From: Candidatus Omnitrophota bacterium
Lineage (GTDB): Bacteria > Omnitrophota > Gorgyraeia > Zapsychrales > Zapsychraceae
Assembly: GCA_003528115.1 (NCBI GenBank)
Contig: DOGZ01000012.1
Coordinates: 2,095 to 66,094, forward strand
Length of the DNA stretch: 64,000 bases
Direction: 5' to 3'
Positions within the stretch are counted from its first letter, which is position 1; each line of letters begins with the position of its first letter. The position numbers and the translations under genes are program-made. The notes under the pieces were generated by a model. The model was not told where the DNA came from and searched no databases. It worked only from the letters and a program-made list of their open reading frames with translations. Below, in pieces: positions 20,472 to 29,646 of this stretch.

Positions 20472-20693
20472 TTATAAGACCATGTGTCTGGCGACAATCC
20501 TTTTAAAAGGTCGGGGTTCATGATTCATCATCGCGCCGAACTCCGTCAAGAAATCAATCCATTTGTCCGCGTCCACTTCGCCGTTATCCATAAAAAGAGC
20601 TGGGCTGCCGAATGCTAATTTCCGCAGGCTTTCTCTCAAACCCGCGGACTTGGACAAATCTAATAATTCTTTTTTGCTCTCTTCGTCCAGCAT
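20472..20693 (-). CDS. Small hypothetical protein (possible partner of the broken nucleotidyltransferase)
   Basis: 73-aa ORF starting just after the stop of the nucleotidyltransferase C-terminal remnant. Confidence 0.55.
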   Translation of the reverse strand: MLDEESKKELLDLSKSAGLRESLRKLAFGSPALFMDNGEVDADKWIDFLTEFGAMMNHEPRPFKRIVARHMVL

Positions 20694-20700
20694 TTTATGC

Positions 20701-20830
20701 CTATAAATATTTTATTTTTAAATCATAAAATTCCTTGTCCAGACCAAATAAACGATAATACTCACTGAGCAGCGCAGCGTTCAAGGCGCTTCCGTGCAAT
20801 TTCATGAAAGACTCAATATCCCCCATTTCT
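20701..20830 (-). pseudogene. C-terminal remnant of a DUF6036-like nucleotidyltransferase
   Basis: EMGDIESFMKLHGSALNAALLSEYYRLFGLDKEFYDLKIKYL* resembles the DxxDI...YFxLF tail of this family. Confidence 0.5.
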
Positions 20831-20910
20831 CCCCGAAAGCCGCCTGATGCTCTATTTAAGAAAAAGTCCCAAAGAACAAAAAGTTATTATTCAACTCATT
20901 AATCGCTAAA

Positions 20911-21582
20911 TCACAATTTTTTGTGAGTCTTCCAGAATAAATCAAGATTGTCAATTTCTTTAATCTCATGTCCATCGGGTGCCATTAACACAACTGACCA
21001 TTTAATAACACTCGCCCCTTTAGGTAATTTTCGTATCCCAACTACAGGATGACCATAATATTCATCTTTGGGGTATCCGCCGACAACATCAAGCTGGTGC
21101 GCATTGGATAATCTTTTTATATTACTGCCATCAAAATTTGCCCGATACAAAATAGCGTCAACTGCACAGTGTTGACTTAGAAAAAATATATAATTCCCAT
21201 CTGGAGAAAAATTCAAACTATCAAAAGAACCAAGATAGTATGACATATTGGGATGGTCCGCGTAATTACTCTTTATTATTCGATGTTCATTACTACCATC
21301 CACATTCACAGCCCAGATTTCTTCACAATCTGAAGGCATCCAGCCCGCATCTGAGGTGCCAGGACATGGCTTAATCTCTCGAACGAAAATAATTTTCTCA
21401 CGATCAGGCGACAGTTTTGCCCCGTAATCTTTCCCTTTGAACGTCAACTGAGACTCTTTATTATTTACATCACGAAAATAAATATTCTGATCTTTTTCAT
21501 AAACTTCTTGAGCGCATGCAGAAATAGCCAAAAGAATCCCTATTCCAATACTGCACATAAGAATCGCTATTTTTCTTCTCAT
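20911..21582 (-). CDS. Exported protein with TolB/PD40-like repeats
   Basis: Signal peptide; LSPDREKIIF, FSPDGNYIFF and NxDGSN repeats. Confidence 0.65.
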   Translation of the reverse strand: MRRKIAILMCSIGIGILLAISACAQEVYEKDQNIYFRDVNNKESQLTFKGKDYGAKLSPDREKIIFVREIKPCPGTSDAGWMPSDCEEIWAVNVDGSNEHRIIKSNYADHPNMSYYLGSFDSLNFSPDGNYIFFLSQHCAVDAILYRANFDGSNIKRLSNAHQLDVVGGYPKDEYYGHPVVGIRKLPKGASVIKWSVVLMAPDGHEIKEIDNLDLFWKTHKKL

Positions 21583-21731
21583 CTTTTATCTATCATCATT
21601 TACAGAACCATCATATACGATTTTACAAGTGTCTTTAGAAATCATATAAAACCCGATATTAAAAACCACTCAGGCCTCGTATTTTGTCGATTGCGCTCAC
21701 GTTGTCTATGCTTAATATCGATTCCTTATTT

Positions 21732-21776
21732 TGTCACAGTAAAATGTCACAGCATGTCACAGTAGCGTGTCACAGT
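21732..21776. repeat. Four TGTCACAG direct repeats overlapping the Fic stop codon
   Basis: Copies start at 21732, 21745, 21755 and 21768. Confidence 0.85.
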
Positions 21777-22822
21777 AAAACGTAGTGCTTGGTCGGATCA
21801 GTGGCGCTCTTGGCCACGATTTTAATGACCTTTTTCTCGACCAATTCTTCTAAATCCCTCTGAGCCGTACGCCGGATACAAGATGCGACAGACTGATACT
21901 CATTGACGGAGAGCGTGCTTTTAATAATAAGGTGCTTAACCGCTTTCTCCTGACGCTTATTCAAACCGATCTTCTTAATCTTTTGAAACTGGCTATCCTG
22001 TTTAATCAACTGTTCGCCTTTAGCCTGAATCTCGGTCATCTGCGAACGCAGGCCGTCAACGAAGTATTCAATCCATGTGGTCATGTCCATGTTATTCTTG
22101 CGGACGGTCTGGATGGCCTGATAATAGCTCGGACGGTCTTTGTCGTAATACTCCGAAATAGTAAAAAGGCGTTTAAAATCATAGCCGGTCTTGTAGAGGA
22201 TGAGCGTTGAAAGAAGCCGGGCCGTCCTGCCGTTGCCGTCGATGAATGGATGAATATGCACAAATTGAAATTGAGCGATACCAGCCACAAGGATAGGCGA
22301 CACATCCTCAGCCTTACTTACCCACTCCGTAAACTCCCGCATAAGATGCGGAACATCCAAAGGCCCGGGCGGAGTATAAACAACCTCACGTGTGCGGGAA
22401 TTGACGACATAGTTTTGTATCTTGCGGTAATTGCCCGGGTCTGCGTTTTCGCCACGGACGCCTTTAACGAGAATCTTGTGAAGCTCCCGGACAATGCCTT
22501 CCGAAACCGGATCGTCTTTGCCGAGATACTTTGAAATAAAATCCATTGCCTTCTTGTAATTCAAAAGCTCCCGCTCATCATCACGATTTACGCCCTTGAC
22601 CTTTCCACCTTCCAAGATGCTCTTGGCCTGCTCAAGGCTTAGGGCTGTGCCTTCAATATGCGTGGAATGGTGCGATTCAAGGATAAGCGCCTTTTTCTGC
22701 ATGTCGGCGATCCAGTCGTCCTTGAGCTTAACCGCATCCAGAAAGCCCCGCACCCGCTCGATCTCAACGAGCGCCTTATTGATCTTTGGTGTGATATTAA
22801 ATTTTGGGGCAAATGCCATCAA
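21770..22822 (-). CDS. Fic-family protein with C-terminal HTH
   Basis: HPFIDGNGRTAR Fic motif, STHIEG inhibitory motif, RRTAQRDLEELV HTH. Confidence 0.92.
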   Translation of the reverse strand: MMAFAPKFNITPKINKALVEIERVRGFLDAVKLKDDWIADMQKKALILESHHSTHIEGTALSLEQAKSILEGGKVKGVNRDDERELLNYKKAMDFISKYLGKDDPVSEGIVRELHKILVKGVRGENADPGNYRKIQNYVVNSRTREVVYTPPGPLDVPHLMREFTEWVSKAEDVSPILVAGIAQFQFVHIHPFIDGNGRTARLLSTLILYKTGYDFKRLFTISEYYDKDRPSYYQAIQTVRKNNMDMTTWIEYFVDGLRSQMTEIQAKGEQLIKQDSQFQKIKKIGLNKRQEKAVKHLIIKSTLSVNEYQSVASCIRRTAQRDLEELVEKKVIKIVAKSATDPTKHYVLL

Positions 22823-22928
22823 TTACCTCTCTAATCCAAGCAAACGTTTAATTTCTTTAATTCCGCATCAATCGATCCGAGAATCTTGACTGAAGAAACA
22901 TACTGAGAAGCATTCTCATCGGCATAAA

Positions 22929-23044
22929 CACAGTCGAACGGGCGATACCCCATAACCCCATCGCAAAACCGCCAATGACGGCGTAACGGAATTCTCGCTT
23001 GAGAAACGTTTTAAGAGGAGTTCAAGGGTAATCTTAAAATCCAT
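22929..23044 (-). pseudogene. Frameshifted N-terminal remnant of a DUF6036-like nucleotidyltransferase
   Basis: MDFKITLELLLKRF / FRYAVIGGFAMGLWGIARSTV, truncated where DxD would be expected. Confidence 0.6.
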
Positions 23045-23051
23045 CCAGTGC

Positions 23052-23804
23052 CTATCTGCCGTCCTTGATACCCGTCAAGGCTTTTATGATATCTATGGGG
23101 ATAGGGAACAGCGTCGTTGTGTTATTTTCCTTTCCGATCTCCACCAGAGTTTGGAGATATCTTAATTGCAGGGCCATGGGAGATTTCTGCATCATATCTG
23201 CCGCCAGACAAATTTTTTCCGCGGCCTGCGCCTCGCCTTCCGCGGCGATAATTTTGGCACGGCGCTCGCGTTCCGCCTCGGCCTGGCGCGCCATGGCCCG
23301 GCGTAAATCCTCGGAAATGTCCACATGCTTGACGGCCACATTGGACACTTTGATGCCCCAGGGATCCGTCTGTTTGTCCAGGACTTCCTGGAGTTTCTCA
23401 TTGATCTTTTCCCGTTGGGATAACAGGCCGTCCAATTCCATCTCGCCCAGGATGCTTCTCAAGGTCGTCTGAGACATCTGAGACGTGGCAAACACGTAAT
23501 CCTGGACCTCGATGATGGCCTTGATGGGATCCATGACCCTGAAATAGACGACCGCGTTCACTTTCGCCGAAACGTTGTCCCGGGTGATAATATCCTGCGG
23601 CGGGACATCCAGGGTGACCAGACGCAAAGAGACAACCACAATACGGTCGATCGGCCAAAGTGCCAGCACGATCCCGGGACCTTTTTCTTTGGGTAAAACA
23701 CGTCCCAGACGGAAAACAACCGCCCGCTCGTATTCATTCAAAATCCTGACGCTGTTCATGAGCCAGACAACAAAAATAATAAAGACAATTAACGGCAAAG
23801 ACAT
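23052..23804 (-). CDS. Stomatin/slipin (SPFH) protein
   Basis: [44 protein letters not shown]. Confidence 0.93.
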   Translation of the reverse strand: MSLPLIVFIIFVVWLMNSVRILNEYERAVVFRLGRVLPKEKGPGIVLALWPIDRIVVVSLRLVTLDVPPQDIITRDNVSAKVNAVVYFRVMDPIKAIIEVQDYVFATSQMSQTTLRSILGEMELDGLLSQREKINEKLQEVLDKQTDPWGIKVSNVAVKHVDISEDLRRAMARQAEAERERRAKIIAAEGEAQAAEKICLAADMMQKSPMALQLRYLQTLVEIGKENNTTTLFPIPIDIIKALTGIKDGR

Positions 23805-23816
23805 GTTTCTCTCCTT

Positions 23817-25403
23817 TCAAGAACCCTTTTCTACTTTTAACTTTAACCCTTTCACCTCAATCACCCGGATCTTGTCACCCGGACGAATCATCTCATCGCT
23901 CTGGGCGTTCCAGAGTTCCCCATGAATAAACACCGTTCCACTCTGCGCGGCGTTGATCTCGGTCCTGGCCTCTCCGCTTTCTCCGACGAGTCCCTTTTGT
24001 CCACCTAAAATACGCGCCCTTTGCGCGCGGATCACAGATTGCAAAAGGAATACCGATATCGCCGCCGTGGAGAATGAAACAGCCAAAATAACGGATTTCG
24101 AGACACGCATCACCGGATCCACGGAATCAAAAAGCAACAGAGACCCTAAAACCAAACTAACCAGTCCCCCCAGCGTTAAAAGACCGAACCCCGGGACAAA
24201 AGCCTCGGCAACCAGCAGGGCCATCCCCAAAATCATCAAGGCCAAACCGGCGTAATTCGTCGGCAACGTCTGCATACTGTAAAAAGCCAGTATAAGAAAA
24301 ATCGCCCCCAAGACGCCGGGGACGCCGAATCCGGGATGGGTGAGTTCAAACAAGAGACCGTAAAATCCCAGGATCATTAAAATATACGCGATGTTGGGAT
24401 TAGCCAGGATATTAAAAAACTTCTGACGCGCGTCCATCTCCTCTTTCTCAACTGAGGCGTCCTTCGTCTTTAAGACACGCGCCTCATCGCTATTCAACGT
24501 GATCACGCGGCCATCCAATTGACGCAACAGATCATCCAGATTATCCGCCAGGATTTCAACAACGCCTTTTTCCAGAGCCTCTTGCGCGGTAATCGAAGAA
24601 CTCCGGGTCACACTTTCCACCGCCCACTCGACATTACGATGTCTTTCTTTGGCAATGGCTTTAACAAAGGCCACGGTATCATTGAGAATCTTACGGCTCA
24701 TGGGATCCGCATCCTGCGGGAATTCTTCCTTCTCCAGGGGAGACTTTGGGGTCGGGCTATCTTGCGGGGCCTCTCCGTTTTTCGTCACGGAGGGAATTTC
24801 TTCTTCCTCCTTCAGGATTTTTGTCTCTTGACGCGACGCTTTCATTTCCTTAATCAACTCTTTTAATTCGTCCCAGTCACCCTCCCTGCGCGAAACGCCT
24901 TCCGCCATCTGAACAGGGTGCGCGGCGCCGATATTCGTCGAGGGCGCCATAGCCGCCACATGACTGGCATAAGTCAGAAAAACACCGGCCGAACCCGCCC
25001 TGGACCCGCTGGGGGCGATATACACCACAATCGGGACTTTGGAAGTCAGCATCTTTTTCACAATATGCCGGGTGGAATCCAGAAGACCGCCGGGGGTATC
25101 CAGCATAATAACCAGACATTGGGCCTTTGCCTCGTACGCCCTGTCAATGCCGTGGATGATATATTCCGCCGTGATGGGATTGATGCCGGCATCATTGAGC
25201 TGGATCACATGGATCTTTGGGGAAGGAGGGTTCGCGTAAGACGTTTGAATGAACGGCAGGATCAGGCATGTCGAGACGAACAAAATAAGTACCACCCAGG
25301 GCCGAACCTTTATTGACCTCCGCGCGAGTAATGGAATTGGACCATCTTGCGGACGGAGATCGAGATTCCCATGCTTTGGTAATAAAATGTTTGCGTGTCC
25401 CAT
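23817..25403 (-). CDS. nfeD: NfeD/STOPP membrane-bound serine protease; original start (ATG 25618) cut off by a 290-bp insertion
   Basis: LDTPGG, AGSAG, NIGAAHPV, TM domain and C-terminal OB fold; an in-frame ATG inside the element at 25403 could now act as the start. Confidence 0.85.
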   Translation of the reverse strand: MGHANILLPKHGNLDLRPQDGPIPLLARRSIKVRPWVVLILFVSTCLILPFIQTSYANPPSPKIHVIQLNDAGINPITAEYIIHGIDRAYEAKAQCLVIMLDTPGGLLDSTRHIVKKMLTSKVPIVVYIAPSGSRAGSAGVFLTYASHVAAMAPSTNIGAAHPVQMAEGVSRREGDWDELKELIKEMKASRQETKILKEEEEIPSVTKNGEAPQDSPTPKSPLEKEEFPQDADPMSRKILNDTVAFVKAIAKERHRNVEWAVESVTRSSSITAQEALEKGVVEILADNLDDLLRQLDGRVITLNSDEARVLKTKDASVEKEEMDARQKFFNILANPNIAYILMILGFYGLLFELTHPGFGVPGVLGAIFLILAFYSMQTLPTNYAGLALMILGMALLVAEAFVPGFGLLTLGGLVSLVLGSLLLFDSVDPVMRVSKSVILAVSFSTAAISVFLLQSVIRAQRARILGGQKGLVGESGEARTEINAAQSGTVFIHGELWNAQSDEMIRPGDKIRVIEVKGLKLKVEKGS

Positions 25404-25602
25404 TATTTTTACGGAAGTGCTACCGTGTCCACTGAATAGTCGGACACGGTACAACACTGCGCCTTTTCTGAAAATATCTACTGACTTCCGCAAAAGCAAT
25501 GAAACACTATGGTAGTCAGTATCTCGACCTCCGTCCGCTTGGTGGTTCAATTCTATTATTTGTGCGGAGGTCAATAATAGCAATGAATTTGACGGCGCAG
25601 TA
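25311..25602. mobile_element. Composite nested MITE-like block: B' (25311-25422), hairpin D (25421-25451), A (25456-25601) with B nested inside (25479-25576)
   Basis: TA-bounded modules with terminal inverted repeats; removing the block restores the nfeD signal peptide frame. Confidence 0.8.
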
Positions 25603-25617
25603 AGTTAAGACTTGGCA

Positions 25618-27090
25618 TTAATTATACCGCAAGAAATGCGTCAAGAGCCTCACGCCCGCGCCTGTGGCCCCATGGCCGAAATACATTCTCCCATCCCCTT
25701 CAACAAAAGCTGTCCCGGCGATGTCCAAATGAGCCCACGGGGTGTTTTCCGTGAACTGATGAAGAAATTCCGCCGCGGTGAGAGCTCCGGCGGCCCCTTT
25801 GGCAAAACCGATATTGCGGATGTCCGCGACTTTTGATTTTATCGCGTCTTTCAATTCCGCGTAAATCGGCAGGCGCCAAACGCGGTCGTCCGTTTGTTCC
25901 GAAGAACGCAATAATTGCGAAGCAAGCTGTTCGTCGGGGGATACCAACCCTGAATAATCATACCCCAGGGCCACCACACAGGCCCCGGTCAACGTGGCAA
26001 TGTCGATCAGGCGCGACGGCTTGTAATTTTTAATCGTGTAGGAAATCGCGTCCGCCAAAACAAGCCGGCCCTCCGCGTCCGTGTTCCCCACCTCAACCGT
26101 TTTTCCGGCGTACCCTTTGATCACGTCCCCGGGTTTATACGCCTGAGAACCGATGACATTTTCCGCCAAGGCGATCACGAACAAAATATTCTTTTTGACA
26201 TTCAAACTTAAAACATTTTTCAACACGCCCAGGACAGCGGCGGCCCCGCTCATGTCGGTCCGCATGGTTTCCATGCTTCCGGTCGGCTTCAAATTCAGGC
26301 CGCCGGTATCAAAGGTCAACCCCTTGCCGACCAGAGCCGTGGTATCATCCTTTTTCGAAGAACCGTGATACTGAACAATCATCAATTTCGGTTCTTTCTT
26401 GCTGCCCTGATTCACCGCCAGATGCAGGCCAAGCCCTTTGGCTTTCAGTTCCTTTTTGTTCAGAATCTCCACGGAAACATTTTTTTTGTCCTTAATGAGA
26501 CGGCGGACGGCCCCTTCCATATACTCCGAGGTAATCACATCCGCGTTATCATTAATCAGATCACGGGTAAAATTGACCCCTTCACAAATGACCCGGGTTT
26601 CTTCAAAAACTTTCTTGCTGCCCGCTACCAGAAAAATATGCTTATCGTCGACTGTTTTATTTTCCGAATTTTCTGTCCGGTATTTCCGCCATGTATAATT
26701 GCCGATCAGAACGGCTTCAAGAACGGCGTTCATGACATCGTCGGTGGGGTCAGGGACGAGCATCTCAACGTTCTTGATTTTCTTGAGAAAAGAAGCCTGA
26801 AGAGCCTTGCGGACCGTCGCGCGCAAGGACATCAAGGTGAGTTCTTCTTTCTTTCCAAGCCCGGCCAAGAGGATGATCTTTTTACGAAAAATCAACGGGA
26901 AAACCTGCCCGCTTTCACCGGTAAACTGGTCCGTCGTGTGAAGGAATTCGATTTCTTTCTTTAACTCACCCGGAAAAGACTCAAGCGTCTTACCCAGGAC
27001 ATGATCTTGTTCTAAAAAAATCAAAGTGGCTTCCTTATCAAATACAGCTTGTGGTCGATACGTAATCACTGCCCTGCCCCTTTCTTCCAT
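25618..27090 (-). CDS. pepA: Leucyl aminopeptidase (M17)
   Basis: VGKGLTFDTGG, DMSGAA, NTDAEGRL, DIATLTGA, HLDIAG. Confidence 0.94.
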   Translation of the reverse strand: MEERGRAVITYRPQAVFDKEATLIFLEQDHVLGKTLESFPGELKKEIEFLHTTDQFTGESGQVFPLIFRKKIILLAGLGKKEELTLMSLRATVRKALQASFLKKIKNVEMLVPDPTDDVMNAVLEAVLIGNYTWRKYRTENSENKTVDDKHIFLVAGSKKVFEETRVICEGVNFTRDLINDNADVITSEYMEGAVRRLIKDKKNVSVEILNKKELKAKGLGLHLAVNQGSKKEPKLMIVQYHGSSKKDDTTALVGKGLTFDTGGLNLKPTGSMETMRTDMSGAAAVLGVLKNVLSLNVKKNILFVIALAENVIGSQAYKPGDVIKGYAGKTVEVGNTDAEGRLVLADAISYTIKNYKPSRLIDIATLTGACVVALGYDYSGLVSPDEQLASQLLRSSEQTDDRVWRLPIYAELKDAIKSKVADIRNIGFAKGAAGALTAAEFLHQFTENTPWAHLDIAGTAFVEGDGRMYFGHGATGAGVRLLTHFLRYN

Positions 27091-27104
27091 CCCATGATTT
27101 CAAA

Positions 27105-28394
27105 TTATCGTTGTTCCATCGGAATATAATCGCGGACGCGCTCTCCCGTGTAAATCTGACGCGGCCGACCGATCTTGGATTTTGAATTTTCTTTCATTTC
27201 TTTCCAGTGCGCGATCCAGCCCGGCATACGCCCGATCGCGAACATCACCGGGAACATAACCGTCGGGATACCAATGGCGCGATAAATAATCCCGCTGTAA
27301 AAATCAACATTCGGATAGAGTTTTCTTTGAGTGAAATAATCATCCTTGAGCACCGCCTCTTCCAATCGGACAGCGATATCCAAAAGCGGATCATGAATGC
27401 CGAGTTTGGCAAATAGCTCATGCGCTTTTTCCTTAATAATCTTCGAGCGCGGATCAAAGTTTTTATAAACCCTGTGACCAAATCCCATCAAACGGTAACT
27501 ATCCTTGGGATCCTTGGCTCTGTCGATAAACTTCTGAATATCGCCTCCCGCTTTTTGAATCTCTTCAAACATCTCAACGACCTGCTGATTCGCGCCCCCA
27601 TGCAATGGGCCCCATAAAGCGCAAACGCCGGCGGAAATCGAAGCGAACAGATTCGCCCACGAACTCCCGACCAAACGGACCGTGGACGTGCTGCAGTTTT
27701 GCTCATGATCCGCGTGCAAAATAAGGACCGTTTCCAGGGCGCTGACAACTTCCTCCATCATTTTGTATGGTTGATGAGGGCTCGAGAACATCATGTGAAG
27801 AAAATTGGGGATGTACTCAAAATCTCTGCGCGGCGCGACGAATGGTTCTCCCATGGATTTCTTATACGTGTAGGCCGTGATGGTGCAGACTTTCGAGAGA
27901 AGTTCCGCCGCGGTCGTTCGAATATCTTCCTGGGTGGGCTCGGTGTTCAATAGTTCCGGATAATACCCGGAAAGAGAACAGACCATCGCGGAGAGAAGCC
28001 CCATGGGATGTCCGGTGGTCGGATAACCGTCAAAAAATTTTAACATATCCGGATGAAGATCCGCGTGGATCTTCAGCGAATGAGCGAATTCATCTAATTT
28101 TTGCCGTTGAGGGAATTCTCCGTAGATCAAGAGATACGAGGTTTCGACAAACGTGGATTTCTCCGCCATCTGTTCAATGGGAATGCCCCGATAACGCAGG
28201 ATGCCCGTCTCCCCGTCTAAGAAGGTAATCCCGCTTGTGCATGAGCCGGTATTGCCAAAGCCGTTGTCCAAAGTGATATAGGAGGTTTCACTGCGCAGAT
28301 TCGTGATGTCAATCGCCTTTTCATTTTCCGTACCGACGATAATAGGAAACTCAAACGTTTTTCCGTCCAAAATGATTTTCGCTTTTTCCTCCAT
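27105..28394 (-). CDS. gltA: Citrate synthase
   Basis: LHADHEQNCST, GPLHGGAN, GFGHRVYK, YPNVDFYSG; GGAGG RBS before ATG 28394. Confidence 0.96.
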   Translation of the reverse strand: MEEKAKIILDGKTFEFPIIVGTENEKAIDITNLRSETSYITLDNGFGNTGSCTSGITFLDGETGILRYRGIPIEQMAEKSTFVETSYLLIYGEFPQRQKLDEFAHSLKIHADLHPDMLKFFDGYPTTGHPMGLLSAMVCSLSGYYPELLNTEPTQEDIRTTAAELLSKVCTITAYTYKKSMGEPFVAPRRDFEYIPNFLHMMFSSPHQPYKMMEEVVSALETVLILHADHEQNCSTSTVRLVGSSWANLFASISAGVCALWGPLHGGANQQVVEMFEEIQKAGGDIQKFIDRAKDPKDSYRLMGFGHRVYKNFDPRSKIIKEKAHELFAKLGIHDPLLDIAVRLEEAVLKDDYFTQRKLYPNVDFYSGIIYRAIGIPTVMFPVMFAIGRMPGWIAHWKEMKENSKSKIGRPRQIYTGERVRDYIPMEQR

Positions 28395-28473
28395 AAAACC
28401 TCCCATGATAAGTTTCGAACTTTGAGTTGGGGCCGACGACCACAGGGTTCCATGACTGTAGCGGAAGTCAGTA
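28394..28473 (-). repeat. Degenerate copy of element B forming the gltA leader
   Basis: TACTGACTTCCGCtacAGtcATGgAaCcCTgTGGTcGTCgGC aligns with the first 42 nt of B; ends in GGAGG. Confidence 0.65.
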
Positions 28474-28506
28474 TATTATGAACGCGTCTTCTTTTCAAAC
28501 ATTATG

Positions 28507-29571
28507 TCAGCGGCGATCTAGGGGGGCATTACCTTTAAACAGACGCGGATTCTGGGAAATCCATGCGACCATCTTTTCAATCCCTTGCCGGGGAGACACC
28601 GTTGGTTTCCATCGCAGCAACCTTCCGGCGCGGCGGATGTCGGACACATAAACTTTCTGATCAAATTTCCGCCACGCACCAAAATTTATTTTGACATTCT
28701 TTTGAGTCACGTTTTTCAAAGCCGCCACCAACTCTAAAAGAGAGAGGGTATTTTGAGGACCTCCGCCGATATTAAAAACCTCCCCCTGCAACCCGCTTTC
28801 AATAAATTTTTCATACGCCCGGGCTAAATCCTCGACCCATAAGACATCCCGAATCTGTTTCCCGTCTCCGTAGATGGTGATCGGTTTTCCAAGAAGAAAC
28901 CGTATCGCGAACCACGCCAGCCACCCCTGATCCTCGAAGCCGAATTGTCTGGTCCCGTAAATACAACTCATCCGGAACACCCCGCATTTCAAGCCGTACA
29001 CATAAGCGTAATCCTGCGCGTAGAGATCGCCCGCCAATTTAGAAACACCATACGGCGTGTGTCCCGTCCGATCGATGCCGAAGTCCTCGCTGATCCCTTT
29101 TCCCCGCTTATACGCGTAGCGCATTTCCGTTTCACGGATCGGAAGAGAATTGCCGTTGTCTCCGTAAACTTTATTCGTCGAACAGTAAATGAAGACGCCC
29201 TTTTTATTTGTCAGACGCAGGGCCTCGAGGACATTCAGAGTACCGGTGGCATTAATCGCGTAATCTTCCAACGGATCCTCCAAAGAAAACCGCACCCCGG
29301 GCTGACCCGCGGCATGAATCACCACGTCCGGCTTTTCCCGTTTAAAGATGCGCTGCATTTCCGCTCGATCCCGAATATCCTTTTTAAGTAATTGAATATT
29401 CTTCAAAGTCTCCAGGTAATGCCAATTGTACTCCACGGACTTGTTTTTAGACCCGAATATTTTGGATCTCATGAGATTATCGACAACGACAATCTGATGT
29501 TTCTTCCTGGCAAAATACTCCGCGCAGTGCGATCCCACCATCCCCGCTCCGCCCGTGATCAATATCTTCAT
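28507..29571 (-). CDS. NAD-dependent nucleotide-sugar epimerase (CDP-paratose 2-epimerase-like)
   Basis: TGGAGMVG, STNKVYG, PYGVSK, FRMSCIYGTRQFGFEDQGW. Confidence 0.88.
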   Translation of the reverse strand: MKILITGGAGMVGSHCAEYFARKKHQIVVVDNLMRSKIFGSKNKSVEYNWHYLETLKNIQLLKKDIRDRAEMQRIFKREKPDVVIHAAGQPGVRFSLEDPLEDYAINATGTLNVLEALRLTNKKGVFIYCSTNKVYGDNGNSLPIRETEMRYAYKRGKGISEDFGIDRTGHTPYGVSKLAGDLYAQDYAYVYGLKCGVFRMSCIYGTRQFGFEDQGWLAWFAIRFLLGKPITIYGDGKQIRDVLWVEDLARAYEKFIESGLQGEVFNIGGGPQNTLSLLELVAALKNVTQKNVKINFGAWRKFDQKVYVSDIRRAGRLLRWKPTVSPRQGIEKMVAWISQNPRLFKGNAPLDRR

Positions 29572-29646
29572 AGCGCTCTTTCCGTTTGTCGGATAATAGG
29601 TAAACAGTCTTCAGCGCAATTCAACCCTTGGCTGTGGTGTTTACCT

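Noticed and set aside
22825-22925. Type I restriction-modification hsdM C-terminal remnant
   Set aside because: Only about 32 aa with weak resemblance; cannot be assigned without a search
25404-25583. N-terminal extension of the 588-aa NfeD ORF
   Set aside because: Chance read-through of the inserted palindromic elements
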